From the NCBI GenBank assembly GCA_902761495.1, contig CACWKL010000001.1, positions 1 to 58,053 of the forward strand: 58,053 bases of DNA. The letters run 5' to 3'. The first letter of the stretch is position 1; the number at the start of each line of letters is the position of its first letter. Of the stretch, positions 29,175 to 38,925 are shown piece by piece. Under the pieces are notes generated by a model. It searched no databases and was not told the origin of the DNA. It saw only the letters and a list, made by a program, of their open reading frames with translations. The stretch is from an uncultured Pseudomonadota bacterium. GTDB taxonomy: Bacteria > Pseudomonadota > Alphaproteobacteria > UBA3830. A program made the translations under genes and the position numbers.

Positions 29175-30038
29175 ATGTCTATTTTTGATAACATTTTTTT
29201 CATTTTAGCTTTTGGTCTGGCATTTTCGTTAGTAGGGCTGGGCATTTTTTTATCTAATAAGGTCTTTAAACTAATAGATTTAACCTGCGAGGCTAGTTTT
29301 GCGTTGGGAGGTTGTATCTATGGTGTTATGGTGTTGGCGGGAATGAATCCGCTGTTTGCAATAATCACTGCTATGTTTATAGGATACATGGCGGGAGCTA
29401 TTACAGCTTCTTTCATTAACTATATAAAACTAGATGCAATTATAGCAAGTTTGCTGACTGTGGGAGGTTTGCAATCTTTGCTGACGAAATTAGTGGAATT
29501 TAAAAGGTTTGTTCCGTCTTCCGTGTTTGGGAATTTATCTCCAATTAGCAATTTTATTCTCGCTTTGGTGATAGTCTGTCCTGTTGTATATTTATTCTAC
29601 AAATTGATGATCTCGGAATACGGGCTTTCCATGAGAATTTACGGTGACGGAGAAATAATTACCGAATCCATGGGGGTCGATTGTACGCAGATTTTGTCTT
29701 GCGGATTGGGATTGGAAAATTTGCTTTTCGCTTTGGCGGGAGCTCTTGTTGCTCAAATAACAGGAGAATTCTCTGTCAATATGGGAAGCGGATGCATTAT
29801 CTTCGGTATAACAGCTATTATTCTAGGTGGCAGGATATTTAGTCATGTGAACATAAAAACGGCAATTATCGGGACATTTGTGGGAGCAATTTGTTACCAG
29901 GCTTCATTAAAGATACTGGTATCCAAAGAGTTAATTGGTGTAGGTGAAGAATATACCAACGTAGTGATGGCTGTAATCTTAGTTTTACTAGTTGCTTTGA
30001 GACGAAGCGGTTATGTCGATAAGACCAGAGAAAATTAG
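29175..30038 (+). CDS. ABC transporter permease (uncharacterised ABC importer type, COG4120-like)
   Basis: Polytopic membrane ORF. The track start is TTG 29160, and ATG 29175 lies 6 nt after a GGAG RBS. Followed 12 nt later by the cognate ATPase-like gene. Confidence 0.7.
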   Translation: MSIFDNIFFILAFGLAFSLVGLGIFLSNKVFKLIDLTCEASFALGGCIYGVMVLAGMNPLFAIITAMFIGYMAGAITASFINYIKLDAIIASLLTVGGLQSLLTKLVEFKRFVPSSVFGNLSPISNFILALVIVCPVVYLFYKLMISEYGLSMRIYGDGEIITESMGVDCTQILSCGLGLENLLFALAGALVAQITGEFSVNMGSGCIIFGITAIILGGRIFSHVNIKTAIIGTFVGAICYQASLKILVSKELIGVGEEYTNVVMAVILVLLVALRRSGYVDKTREN

Positions 30039-30050
30039 AGGGAGTGAGCT

Positions 30051-30842
30051 ATGATAGATATAGAAGATGCATTCGTTGTATTTTATGCAGGGACCCCGTT
30101 AGAAAGAGTCGCTTTGAGGGGAGTGAAGTTTTTTGTTCAAGACGGAGAAGTTGTTTCTATTTTAGGAAATAATGGGAGCGGCAGAAGTACTTTGCTGAGG
30201 TTTTTGGCTGGACATATTCAGTTAAATTTCGGCAGATTGTGGTACAACAAAGTTGATATTAGTGCGCAATCTTTGTATTCCAGATCAAAGATAGTTTCCT
30301 CGGTATTTTTTAATAACAATGTTTGCACGGCGGGAAGTTTGACCGTACTGGAAAATTTGATCCTGGCAACGTTGAGCCATCAGCCGAAAAGCTGCGTAAG
30401 AGAAGCTATTCGAGATGATATGGAAGAAAGATTTTATACTCAGCTGAGAAATCTGAACTTTATGGAAATGGAGAATTTACTGCACGAAAAGGTATGTAAT
30501 ATTCCGAAACCTTATAAACAAGTGCTGGCATTGTTGATCGCCGTAATAAAGGGAGCGAAAGTCCTGGTCATTGATGAACATTCAACGGGATTGGATGAAG
30601 AAGCTTCCCACGCGTTGCTAGAGGCCACGAGCAAGATAATCAGATCGAAAAAAATGACGACGATTATGGTTGTCAATGATCCGGAGTTTGCCTTGAAACA
30701 TTCCGATAGACTGGTTGTTTTGAACTACGGACAGGTGGTTGCAAATATTTCAGGAGAAGAAAAAAATAAAATAAAACTTGAAGATTTGTATATGATGTTT
30801 AATAGGAAACCAAAAATTGCAGGTAAAAAAAATATTAGTTAA
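30051..30842 (+). CDS. ABC transporter ATP-binding-like protein with degenerate catalytic motifs
   Basis: 263-aa ORF with overall NBD layout. Walker A is GNNGSGRST (Arg in place of Lys). Walker B VLVIDEH is retained. The LSGGQ position reads NIPKPYKQ, the Q-loop reads VFF, and the H-loop reads VVND. Confidence 0.8.
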   Translation: MIDIEDAFVVFYAGTPLERVALRGVKFFVQDGEVVSILGNNGSGRSTLLRFLAGHIQLNFGRLWYNKVDISAQSLYSRSKIVSSVFFNNNVCTAGSLTVLENLILATLSHQPKSCVREAIRDDMEERFYTQLRNLNFMEMENLLHEKVCNIPKPYKQVLALLIAVIKGAKVLVIDEHSTGLDEEASHALLEATSKIIRSKKMTTIMVVNDPEFALKHSDRLVVLNYGQVVANISGEEKNKIKLEDLYMMFNRKPKIAGKKNIS

Positions 30843-30892
30843 TGTTTGATATTTTTAGTGGTTTATGCGATCATTACCAAGTCTGGAGTTTA

Positions 30893-30969
30893 CGGAGTGT
30901 GGCTCAGCCTGGTAGAGCACAGCCTTCGGGAGGCTGGGGTCGGAGGTTCGAATCCTCTCACTCCGACCA
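30893..30969 (+). tRNA. tRNA-Pro (anticodon CGG), CCA encoded
   Basis: Manual cloverleaf. Acceptor CGGAGUG/CACUCCG, D arm GCUC/GAGC, anticodon stem CAGCC/GGCUG with loop UUCGGGA, T arm GGAGG-UUCGAAU-CCUCU, discriminator A plus CCA. Confidence 0.95.
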
Positions 30970-30992
30970 GTTAGACAGAGAGAACAGAGAGC

Positions 30993-32150
30993 ATGGATAT
31001 ATCCTTTGAATCTAGAGAAGTAAAAATAATAATTGCTGGTGCTGCGGTTGTAGTATTAGGAGTTTTGGGTTATAGTATTTTTTCAACTGCAGATCCCGAG
31101 ATAAAGGAAGGACCGCAGAGTGTTATCGTCAGTAAGGCGACGTTTGGTTCCGTGGAAAGGTACATAAACACAATCGGTACTTTGGTTCCCTGTGATTCCG
31201 TAGATTTAAAATCAGAGGTTAACGCTAAGGTTGATGAAATTTTCTTCAGCGACGGTTCTATCGTCGAAAAAGGTGATTTGCTAATTCAATTTGATGAATC
31301 CCTTGCTCAGGCGGAGGTCAGAGAAGCAGAAGCTCGCTATCGCAAAGAAAAAATTGAGTACGAATTGTTGGACAAGTTGGCTGGTCGAGGTGCTGCTGCG
31401 AGAATAAAGAAAGAACAGGCCTATTCGGATATGCAAACCGCGTCGGCTCAGTTGAATTCCGCGAAAGTAAAATTGGAAAAGCATAGGATTTTGGCTCCTT
31501 TCGGAGGAATGATCGGAATAAAGCACATAAGTGTCGGACAGTTTATACAGTCGGGCACGGACTTGGTGAAGTTGGTAGATAATCATCCGTTGAAAGTTGA
31601 TTTTTCTGTGGCTGAAGTCGATGTAGATAAAATTTATGTAAGCCAGGAAATAGAAGTTTACGTAGGCGGAGACTCATTGCAGAGCTATTCGGCCAAGATC
31701 AGTGCCATAGAGCCAGAGAGCGATAAAGTCAGCCATTCTTTCAAGGTTCGCGCAATTCTTGATATACCTGAAGAGATTGCAGTAAATTCTCAGATTTTGA
31801 AGCCGGGGCGGTTTGTGAAGGTGCGTATCACTGTCAATGAGGGGGAGCAAGGAATTGTTGTCCCTGAAAGCGCCATTGAAAAGTCAGGTAACGAGACCAT
31901 GTTGTACATTGTGTCGGATGGTATGGCGATCAGGCGTTTGGTTACTACGGGTATGAGAAAGAACGGCAATGTTGAAATTATCACCGGGATCAATGAGGGT
32001 GACCTTGTAATTACCAAGGGAAAAGAAAGAGTTAGTGACGGTCGTGTCGTAAAGGTTCGCGATGAATTCAGTTCTTCTGAAATCATAAATGCCTACAAAG
32101 CATATCAGGGAAAAAACAAAGCAAAAAAAACGACGGCAAATAAAAATTAA
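30993..32150 (+). CDS. RND efflux periplasmic adaptor (membrane fusion protein, AcrA/HlyD family)
   Basis: 385-aa ORF. N-terminal TM anchor, lipoyl-like half motifs, alpha-hairpin (AQAEVREAEARYRKEKIEYELL...) and beta-barrel domain. Immediately upstream of the RND pump. Confidence 0.88.
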   Translation: MDISFESREVKIIIAGAAVVVLGVLGYSIFSTADPEIKEGPQSVIVSKATFGSVERYINTIGTLVPCDSVDLKSEVNAKVDEIFFSDGSIVEKGDLLIQFDESLAQAEVREAEARYRKEKIEYELLDKLAGRGAAARIKKEQAYSDMQTASAQLNSAKVKLEKHRILAPFGGMIGIKHISVGQFIQSGTDLVKLVDNHPLKVDFSVAEVDVDKIYVSQEIEVYVGGDSLQSYSAKISAIEPESDKVSHSFKVRAILDIPEEIAVNSQILKPGRFVKVRITVNEGEQGIVVPESAIEKSGNETMLYIVSDGMAIRRLVTTGMRKNGNVEIITGINEGDLVITKGKERVSDGRVVKVRDEFSSSEIINAYKAYQGKNKAKKTTANKN

Positions 32151-32173
32151 TTTTCTGAGAGGGGGATTGGCAT

Positions 32174-35100
32174 ATGGGGCTAACGGAAGTTTGTATTAAA
32201 AGGCCGGTGTTTTCTACGGTTTTGACTTTATTGATAGTCATTATCGGGTTAGTATGCCAATGGCAGTTGCCCGTTCGCAAAGATCCAAAAATTGAAAAAT
32301 CCATGGTTATCGTGAAGGCAGAGTATCGAGGTGCTAGTCCTCAGGCTGTGGAAAATCAGATTACAAAGGTATTGGAAGAACATTTTTCAACGATTGCCGG
32401 AGTCGAGACTATGACGTCTAGCAGCAAGAATGACGAGTGTGAAATAACTTTAGAATTTGAGTCGACAAGAGATCCTGATGCAGCGGCGTCTGACGTAAGA
32501 GATCGATTGTCAATGGCAAAAGTGTATTTGCCATGGGGAAATCCTGAACCGACAATTAGCCGTGAAGATCCTGATGACCAGGGTGGAATAGTTATAGCCT
32601 TCACTAGCGATAAAATTGGCGTAGATGATCTTCACGACTATGTTGATCGCTACGTTAAGTCGAAGTTCGAGGTTATTCCGGGCGTCGGTAAGGTGGTGCT
32701 GACCGGAGGAAACATCAAGAAAATGAAGGTGTTCCTCGATCCGCAGCGTCTGGCAGTTTACGGATATACTCCTGCAGATGTTTTGGAAGCTTTGAGAAAT
32801 CAGCATGTTCAGAGGCCCTGCGGTCGATTGGTAAGTCGAGATCGTGAGTATATGCTTATTCTTGACGGAGAATTTTACAATGCCAAAGAGATGGATGAAG
32901 TTATTATTCCAAGTCTGAATGGCAAGGAAAGTATTATAAAAGTAAAAGATATCGGACATTCTGAGCTGGTTCCTGAGGATAAGAGATCGGGATCATGGTT
33001 CAACGGCAGAGAATGTGTTGTTTTGACCATAACAAAACAGGCGAATGCAAATCCTGTTGATTTGAGTTCGCGGGTAAAAAAAGCCATGCCGGAGGTCGAG
33101 GAGTTACTTCCGAGCGGAACTAAGATGGTGATAGCAATGGACGAGGCCCGTGATATCAGTGCTTCCATGAGGAATGTGTATCACGCGATTTTTGAGGCGA
33201 CTTTCTTGGTTATTGTTGTGGTATTTCTTTTTCTCTGGTCTTTCCGAGCAACATTGATTCCTATTGTCACCATACCAGTTTCTTTGCTCGGAACATTTGC
33301 GTTGCTCGCCTTGTTTGGCTTTTCGATAAACACTTTCACTTTATTAGCTATGGTGCTGGCTGTGGGTTTGGTTGTAGATGATGCAATCGTTGTTCTCGAG
33401 AATATTCACAAACATATGGAAAAAGGGCTCAATAAAATGAAAGCCTCTTTGGTAGGTTCGAACGAGATCTTTTTTTCTATTGTTGCTATGACCTTAACTT
33501 TGGCGTCGGCTTATATTCCGATTGCGCTGACTCCGGGAAATTTGGGAAGGAGTTTCCGTGAGTTTGCTTTGACTTTGTCAGGTGCGGTCATTATTTCTGG
33601 GTTTGTGGCCTTGACCTTGTCTCCGATGATGTGTTCACGACTTTTGAGTCTTAGCAGAAGAGAAAAGGCTACGGGATATTTTAAGAAGTTGTCCCATAAG
33701 CAGGACGAAATTTTAAAAACTATCGACAAAAAATACTACGACGCTTTGACTTGGACTTTGAATCACAAGGCTCTTGCATTGTCGGTTGGGTTCGTGGTTT
33801 CGTTAGTCGGCGTTTTAGCCGTTTTTTATATGCCGTCCGAAAGTAAACCCTTAGAGGATCAGTGTTCTCTCAGCGTCTCTGGTGAAGCACCGGTTGGTGC
33901 GAGTTTTGAGTTTGTCAAAGAGAATGCTATGAGAATTGATGAAGTTTTGAGAGAAACTCCTTTTGCCGAAAACCGATATATAAATGCGGATCCGGCTAAA
34001 ATCGAAGGAGGAATTTTTCTTAAGGATTGGAGTGAGAGAGACCTGGATACCAAACAAATTTCTGCTAGGATGAATCCGCTGTTGGAAGAGGTGCCAGGGA
34101 TTCACTGTCGAGTTTCTGCAGGAGCAAGTAGTGCTGATAAACCTGTTGTTCGTTTTGTTCTTCAAACTAATCAGGATTACGAATATCTTGAAAAATACGG
34201 AAATGCTTTTTTGTATCATGTAAAGAATCGATATCCGTGGTTTTCGACGGTGTTGACTACACTGGTTCCGAGACAACAGGAGTACATAATAAAGATAGAT
34301 CGTGACAAAGCGTCTTCGTTGGGAGTCACGGCCAACGATATCGCAAACACCATAGGCTATTTGATTAGAGGTGAAAAGGTCGGATGGGTTACGAGAGAGG
34401 CCAAACGTGATGAAATGTTCATTCAGGTAGAACAGGATCAGCGACGGTCAATCGAGGATCTTTCAAATATCTTTGTAAAGTCTAAGTTAAATACCGGGTC
34501 TCAGAAGGATGAGCAAAGAATGGTTTCGTTAATTGATTTGGTTTCTTTCCAGGAAAATTTCTCGCCAAACAATTTGTATCATTATAATAAGATGTTGGCG
34601 GTTAGTGCCGAAGGGCATTTGGCTGATGGAGTGAGTTTAAGCGAGGCAATTGAGGGATTAAATAAAGTTAAAAACACGAAATTGCCGTCGACAATTCAAT
34701 TGAGTTTCTCAGGTTCGACCAAGACTTATCTGGAGGAGAGTTCTTTGGTGATATTTATTTATATGCTGGCGCTGATTTTCGTTTATCTCATTTTGGCTGC
34801 GCAGTTCGAGAGCTTTGTCGATCCGTTTATTATTATGTTCAGTGTTCCTTTTTCGATTACGGGGGCGTTGATCGTTTTGTGGATTATTCCTGATGGTACT
34901 TTGAACATTTATTCCAAGATAGGACTCGTTACGCTGATAGGTCTTATTACGAAACACGGAATTTTGATCGTCGATTTTGCGAATCGAGCATGTGCGGCAG
35001 GCAAGAAGGCTTTTGACGCGGTTAGGGAGGCGTCTTATATGAGGTTGCGTCCGATTTTAATGACAACCTTCGCTATGGTGATCGGAAATATTCCTTTGGC

Positions 35101-35257
35101 TTTAGCTACCGGGGCAGGTGCGGCAGCTCGTCGTCAAATAGGATGGTCGATAGTTGGAGGTATGTTGATTGGAACTTTGTTTACACTATTCATCGTGCCG
35201 ATAGTTTACTTTTTGTTCTCAAGATTCAGAAAAGTTAACACGGAGCTTTATAAATAA
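32174..35257 (+). CDS. RND family efflux transporter permease (AcrB/MexB-like)
   Basis: 1027-aa ORF. 12-TM RND layout with two large periplasmic loops. N-terminus CIKRPVFSTVLTLLI and VGLVVDDAIVVLENI motif. Confidence 0.95.
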   Translation: MGLTEVCIKRPVFSTVLTLLIVIIGLVCQWQLPVRKDPKIEKSMVIVKAEYRGASPQAVENQITKVLEEHFSTIAGVETMTSSSKNDECEITLEFESTRDPDAAASDVRDRLSMAKVYLPWGNPEPTISREDPDDQGGIVIAFTSDKIGVDDLHDYVDRYVKSKFEVIPGVGKVVLTGGNIKKMKVFLDPQRLAVYGYTPADVLEALRNQHVQRPCGRLVSRDREYMLILDGEFYNAKEMDEVIIPSLNGKESIIKVKDIGHSELVPEDKRSGSWFNGRECVVLTITKQANANPVDLSSRVKKAMPEVEELLPSGTKMVIAMDEARDISASMRNVYHAIFEATFLVIVVVFLFLWSFRATLIPIVTIPVSLLGTFALLALFGFSINTFTLLAMVLAVGLVVDDAIVVLENIHKHMEKGLNKMKASLVGSNEIFFSIVAMTLTLASAYIPIALTPGNLGRSFREFALTLSGAVIISGFVALTLSPMMCSRLLSLSRREKATGYFKKLSHKQDEILKTIDKKYYDALTWTLNHKALALSVGFVVSLVGVLAVFYMPSESKPLEDQCSLSVSGEAPVGASFEFVKENAMRIDEVLRETPFAENRYINADPAKIEGGIFLKDWSERDLDTKQISARMNPLLEEVPGIHCRVSAGASSADKPVVRFVLQTNQDYEYLEKYGNAFLYHVKNRYPWFSTVLTTLVPRQQEYIIKIDRDKASSLGVTANDIANTIGYLIRGEKVGWVTREAKRDEMFIQVEQDQRRSIEDLSNIFVKSKLNTGSQKDEQRMVSLIDLVSFQENFSPNNLYHYNKMLAVSAEGHLADGVSLSEAIEGLNKVKNTKLPSTIQLSFSGSTKTYLEESSLVIFIYMLALIFVYLILAAQFESFVDPFIIMFSVPFSITGALIVLWIIPDGTLNIYSKIGLVTLIGLITKHGILIVDFANRACAAGKKAFDAVREASYMRLRPILMTTFAMVIGNIPLALATGAGAAARRQIGWSIVGGMLIGTLFTLFIVPIVYFLFSRFRKVNTELYK

Positions 35258-36291
35258 TGAATTTTAAATACGCGAGATGTCTGTTAGCGGGGCTCGTTTT
35301 TTCGATTTTATGTTTCGATCAAACAGCTGCGAGACAGCGAAGTAACACTAGGTGTTCTGGGGATATGTCTCAGAATAGGGAGAGACAAGAAATTTTAAAA
35401 AGACTTGCGAAGCTGAAGGTGGGCTATGTATCTCCTGCCACAGGAATAGTTAAAGAATTTCGAAAAGAATATCAAGAAGATATCCGAAAGTTCGGAATAC
35501 GAATACCAGATGAGGCGTTTATCGATAAAAATATTTGCAGATTTTCTGATACTGACGGCAACAGATTTAATCGTCTCAAGCAGAATATATGTTCACCTAA
35601 TTCTGACATAGTCTGGGCAACTCGCGGGGGGTTTGGTTGTTACAAGCTGATTAGAGCCTTGAAAAATCTTCCTCATCCCGAAAAAAAGAAAATTTTGATA
35701 GGATTCAGCGATATAACTGCGTTAAATCTTTTCGTTTCGCAAAATTGGAAGGATTGGACGGTGATACACGCTCCGATGACAGTTCATCTTGCCAAGGATA
35801 AGTACCATCATTCAAGTTGGGCTTTGTTATTAGATATTCTTGAGAATAAGATTACGCAGTATAAAATGACAGTTTTAACTCCTTTGAATGAAGCAGGTAA
35901 AAAGGCGAGAAAGGGGAAAGTTTGCGGTAAGCTTACCGGCGGCAATTTGACGCTGATCGAGTCCAGCTTGAAAACAAGTTGGGAAATAGACACCGACGGT
36001 AAAATTTTGTTCATCGAGGATTGTCACGAAACTGCGCCGAGCATATATCGGTCCATGTATCATTTGAAGGAAGCGGGGAAATTATCCAAGGCAAAGGCTA
36101 TAGTTTTTGGGTATTTTGAGGGGATTCCTAAATACAAAGAATATTTGGAGCATTTCTCGAGAGAGATAGACATTCCCGTGTTTATTACCGATCAATTTGG
36201 GCACGGGAAAAATAATTTTCCATTGGTTTATAACGCAAATGCATGGATAGAAGGTAATTCATTGACCATAAATTTGATGAAAAACGGATAG
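35257..36291 (+). CDS. LD-carboxypeptidase (peptidase S66, LdcA/MccF-like) with an N-terminal signal or anchor
   Basis: 344-aa ORF. S66 nucleophile motif GFSDITALN and C-terminal FGHGKNNFP. The N-terminal hydrophobic segment CLLAGLVFSILCF precedes an extension of about 50 aa. The start overlaps the RND stop (TAATG). Confidence 0.78.
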   Translation: MNFKYARCLLAGLVFSILCFDQTAARQRSNTRCSGDMSQNRERQEILKRLAKLKVGYVSPATGIVKEFRKEYQEDIRKFGIRIPDEAFIDKNICRFSDTDGNRFNRLKQNICSPNSDIVWATRGGFGCYKLIRALKNLPHPEKKKILIGFSDITALNLFVSQNWKDWTVIHAPMTVHLAKDKYHHSSWALLLDILENKITQYKMTVLTPLNEAGKKARKGKVCGKLTGGNLTLIESSLKTSWEIDTDGKILFIEDCHETAPSIYRSMYHLKEAGKLSKAKAIVFGYFEGIPKYKEYLEHFSREIDIPVFITDQFGHGKNNFPLVYNANAWIEGNSLTINLMKNG

Positions 36292-36348
36292 AATTTCGAG
36301 AAAATGGCGACTTTTTGCTTAGGGGCGAGTGTTATCCTCAAAAATAGA

Positions 36349-36376
36349 TTGCAAACTGAGGCGATTTTTCTATACT
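36349..36376 (+). promoter_or_regulatory. Candidate sigma-70 promoter for dapA-smpB
   Basis: TTGCAA - 16 nt - TATACT, about 30 nt upstream of the dapA ATG. Pattern match only. Confidence 0.35.
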
Positions 36377-36404
36377 AGGACATGATAATTTTGTAGAGGA
36401 AGTA

Positions 36405-37328
36405 ATGTTTAGGGGGTATGTTGCTGCGGTAGTAACTCCGTTTAGGGGCGGCAAGGTAGATTTTGAGTCATTCGGAAGATATATCGAGTGGCTATCGGAT
36501 TCTGGAGTTTCCGGGGTTGTCGTCTGTGGATCTACTGGCGAATCCCTTGCGTTAACCTCACAAGAACAGAAAGAACTAATTCAGTTCGCGAGCAAAGTTG
36601 TTTCAAGCAAACTTGCTTCGAATAAAATAAAGTTGATCGGAGGGGTGATTTCCTCATCGACTGAAACTTGCTTGAATCTTATGAGAAATTCTGAAGAATA
36701 TGTCGACGGATTCCTGTGCATTTGCCCGCCTTACATAAAGCCGAGTCAGGAGCAGATAGTCACGCATTTTTCGAAGTTAAGTGCAAATACATTGAAGCCG
36801 ATCATTTTGTATAATAATCCGGCGCGCGTTGGGACAAACCTAGGTAAGGAAGCTTTTGATTCACTTGTGAAATTTAAAAATATCGTCGCGATCAAAGAAT
36901 GTGCCGGCGATTTATCCAGGTTCACTCTGTGGCGAAAGGATTTAAACAGGGATTTCGATTTTCTTACGGGTAACGATGACAGTGCGTTTGGCGCTTTGGC
37001 GATGGGAGCAGTTGGAGTTATTTCGGTGAGTGCGAATGTCTGTCCGAAACTTTGCGTTGCGGCTTATGACTCGTTTATGCAAGGAGATATGTCAGCTTTT
37101 GCAAAGTACAGAGATGATTTAGCGATATTGACTTCGTTAATGTTTGCTGAGCCGAGTCCGGCACCTGCGAAATACGCTCTGAGTAGGTTGAATATCATTG
37201 TGTCAGAGGAAGTCCGCGAGCCATTGACTCCGATCAGTACAAATCTCAGAAGAAAGATAGACGAATTTTTGGAAAAGATAGTTTTTGAAGAGAGAAAACA
37301 ATGTCGAAATACAAGGAAATCGGCGTAA
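36405..37328 (+). CDS. dapA: 4-hydroxy-tetrahydrodipicolinate synthase
   Basis: 307-aa ORF. VVCGSTGESLALT, YNNPARVG and the Schiff-base Lys context AIKECAGD. Confidence 0.93.
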   Translation: MFRGYVAAVVTPFRGGKVDFESFGRYIEWLSDSGVSGVVVCGSTGESLALTSQEQKELIQFASKVVSSKLASNKIKLIGGVISSSTETCLNLMRNSEEYVDGFLCICPPYIKPSQEQIVTHFSKLSANTLKPIILYNNPARVGTNLGKEAFDSLVKFKNIVAIKECAGDLSRFTLWRKDLNRDFDFLTGNDDSAFGALAMGAVGVISVSANVCPKLCVAAYDSFMQGDMSAFAKYRDDLAILTSLMFAEPSPAPAKYALSRLNIIVSEEVREPLTPISTNLRRKIDEFLEKIVFEERKQCRNTRKSA

Positions 37329-37765
37329 ATCGAAAAGCGCATTATGATTATGGAATAACCGATACTTTGGAGGCGGGGGTTGTTCTGTTAGGTACGGAGG
37401 TGAAGTCTCTGCGCAGCAACAAAGTGAATCTCACTGATTCCTATGCCGGATTGACGGCTGACAACGAGGTTTTCCTTTATCAAATGGGAATTCCGAAATA
37501 TTCCATGGCGAATCTGACGAACCACGAGCCGAAAAGAAACCGAAAACTCCTCTTGAAAAAAAGAGAGATCCAAAAATTAATCGGCGCGCTAAAAAAAAGC
37601 GGCTACTCGCTGATTCCGCTGAAAATATACTTCAATGAAAAAGGTTTTGTGAAAATTTCCCTAGGTCTCGGAAAAGGAAAGAAAAATATAGACAAACGCG
37701 AAACCATCAAAGAGCGTGAATGGAATCGTGAAAAATCTAGGATTTTAAAAAATAGTTTCCGATAA
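37301..37765 (+). CDS. smpB: SsrA-binding protein SmpB
   Basis: 154-aa ORF with NRKAHYDY, GTEVKSLR, HEPKRNRKLLLKKREI and IPLKIYF blocks. Overlaps the dapA 3' end by 28 nt. Confidence 0.95.
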   Translation: MSKYKEIGVNRKAHYDYGITDTLEAGVVLLGTEVKSLRSNKVNLTDSYAGLTADNEVFLYQMGIPKYSMANLTNHEPKRNRKLLLKKREIQKLIGALKKSGYSLIPLKIYFNEKGFVKISLGLGKGKKNIDKRETIKEREWNREKSRILKNSFR

Positions 37766-37872
37766 ATTGAAAAAATCAGATTTTTTGTTTCTCAAAGAAG
37801 TATGAAAGGTTTACAAATAATTGATTTTTCGTAACAATTAAGTAGCATTATAGCAGAAATGGAGAGTTTGAT

Positions 37873-38814
37873 ATGAAAAACTGCTTGTTTATCAACAATA
37901 AATGGATGATTGGCTGTTCGCTTTTGGCAATGGCGTATGCAGGAGATGTGATGGCGATGTACGGTTCAGAGTCCAATGTTTCTCGGAGTTCGAGTAATTT
38001 GGTATCTTCTTCGAATGATAGTTCGCAAAGAAATAAAATTGCTCAAAATAGAGTTAGAGAAATGAGCACCGATGAATACGAACAATGGATTAGTGCTGCA
38101 AAAGAAGGTAATTATGCATTGATTGAGTCTTTTATAAAAAAAGGCGTAAATGTTAACCAAGTTCAAGGAGTCGAATCACCAGCGTTATTGTATGCGGCAG
38201 CATGTGGTTATATAGAAATAGTAAAGTTGTTAGTAGAAAACGGTGCTGATGTCAATTTAAAAGATGATGACGGAGATACTCCCCTTGAAAATGCTGTTGG
38301 CAATATTGAGCCAGAAGTAGTGGAATACTTGCTAAGGAAAAATGCGGATGCCAAAGTAAAAAATAAGGAAGGCATAACGCCGTTAATGAGATTTTTAGAA
38401 AGTTTTCGTATAAAGAGGACCGGCTCTGAAGATTTAAAAAAGATAGCAAAATTGTTAGTAGATTTTGGTGCCGATGTCAATGAGCATGGAATAGGTGAAG
38501 AAAAATATTCTTTATTAACTTATGCATTGAGATTTATCAAAAATCCTCAAGATTTGGTAATTTACTTAGTGGAACATGGGGCGGATATAGGATATGAAGA
38601 TCAAGATAAGTTGTTGATAAAGTGGTTCGATGATGGTAATTTAGAGGGGACCTATAAGGAAGGGCTAATCGGAACCCCGTTAGAAATAGCTAAAGCTCAA
38701 GGTTACACGGAAATAGTTGATTATCTTAACCTTATGGAAAGAAATAAAATTTTCCCCCAGACAAAAAATAAAAACAACAGAAAAGACGATAACAACGAAG
38801 GAGAAGAAAATTAA
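37873..38814 (+). CDS. Ankyrin-repeat protein with signal peptide (candidate secreted effector)
   Basis: 313-aa ORF. N-terminal hydrophobic signal (WMIGCSLLAMAYAGDVMA), Ser-rich linker and at least 5 ANK units (e.g. SPALLYAAACGYIEIVKLLVENGADVNLKDDDGDTPLENAV). Confidence 0.9.
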   Translation: MKNCLFINNKWMIGCSLLAMAYAGDVMAMYGSESNVSRSSSNLVSSSNDSSQRNKIAQNRVREMSTDEYEQWISAAKEGNYALIESFIKKGVNVNQVQGVESPALLYAAACGYIEIVKLLVENGADVNLKDDDGDTPLENAVGNIEPEVVEYLLRKNADAKVKNKEGITPLMRFLESFRIKRTGSEDLKKIAKLLVDFGADVNEHGIGEEKYSLLTYALRFIKNPQDLVIYLVEHGADIGYEDQDKLLIKWFDDGNLEGTYKEGLIGTPLEIAKAQGYTEIVDYLNLMERNKIFPQTKNKNNRKDDNNEGEEN

Positions 38815-38864
38815 TCCTTTATCCTTTCTGAAAAGAACGTGTTTTTCGAAATAACATTTCTTTA

Positions 38865-38904
38865 CAAAAAACACACCTCCCCGACCTTTCAGCTTGGGGA
38901 GGTG
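38865..38904 (-). terminator. Rho-independent terminator of pnp
   Basis: Perfect 9-bp stem CACCUCCCC/GGGGAGGUG. On the minus strand it is followed by UGUUUUUUG. Lies between the convergent ankyrin gene and pnp. Confidence 0.6.
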
Positions 38905-38925
38905 AAGGGTTTGGAGATGTTTAAA

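Noticed and set aside
30893-35257. tRNA-Pro as the attachment site of a genomic island carrying the RND efflux genes
   Set aside because: There is no integrase, no visible direct repeat of the tRNA 3' end downstream, and no abrupt change in gene character. Adjacency alone is insufficient.
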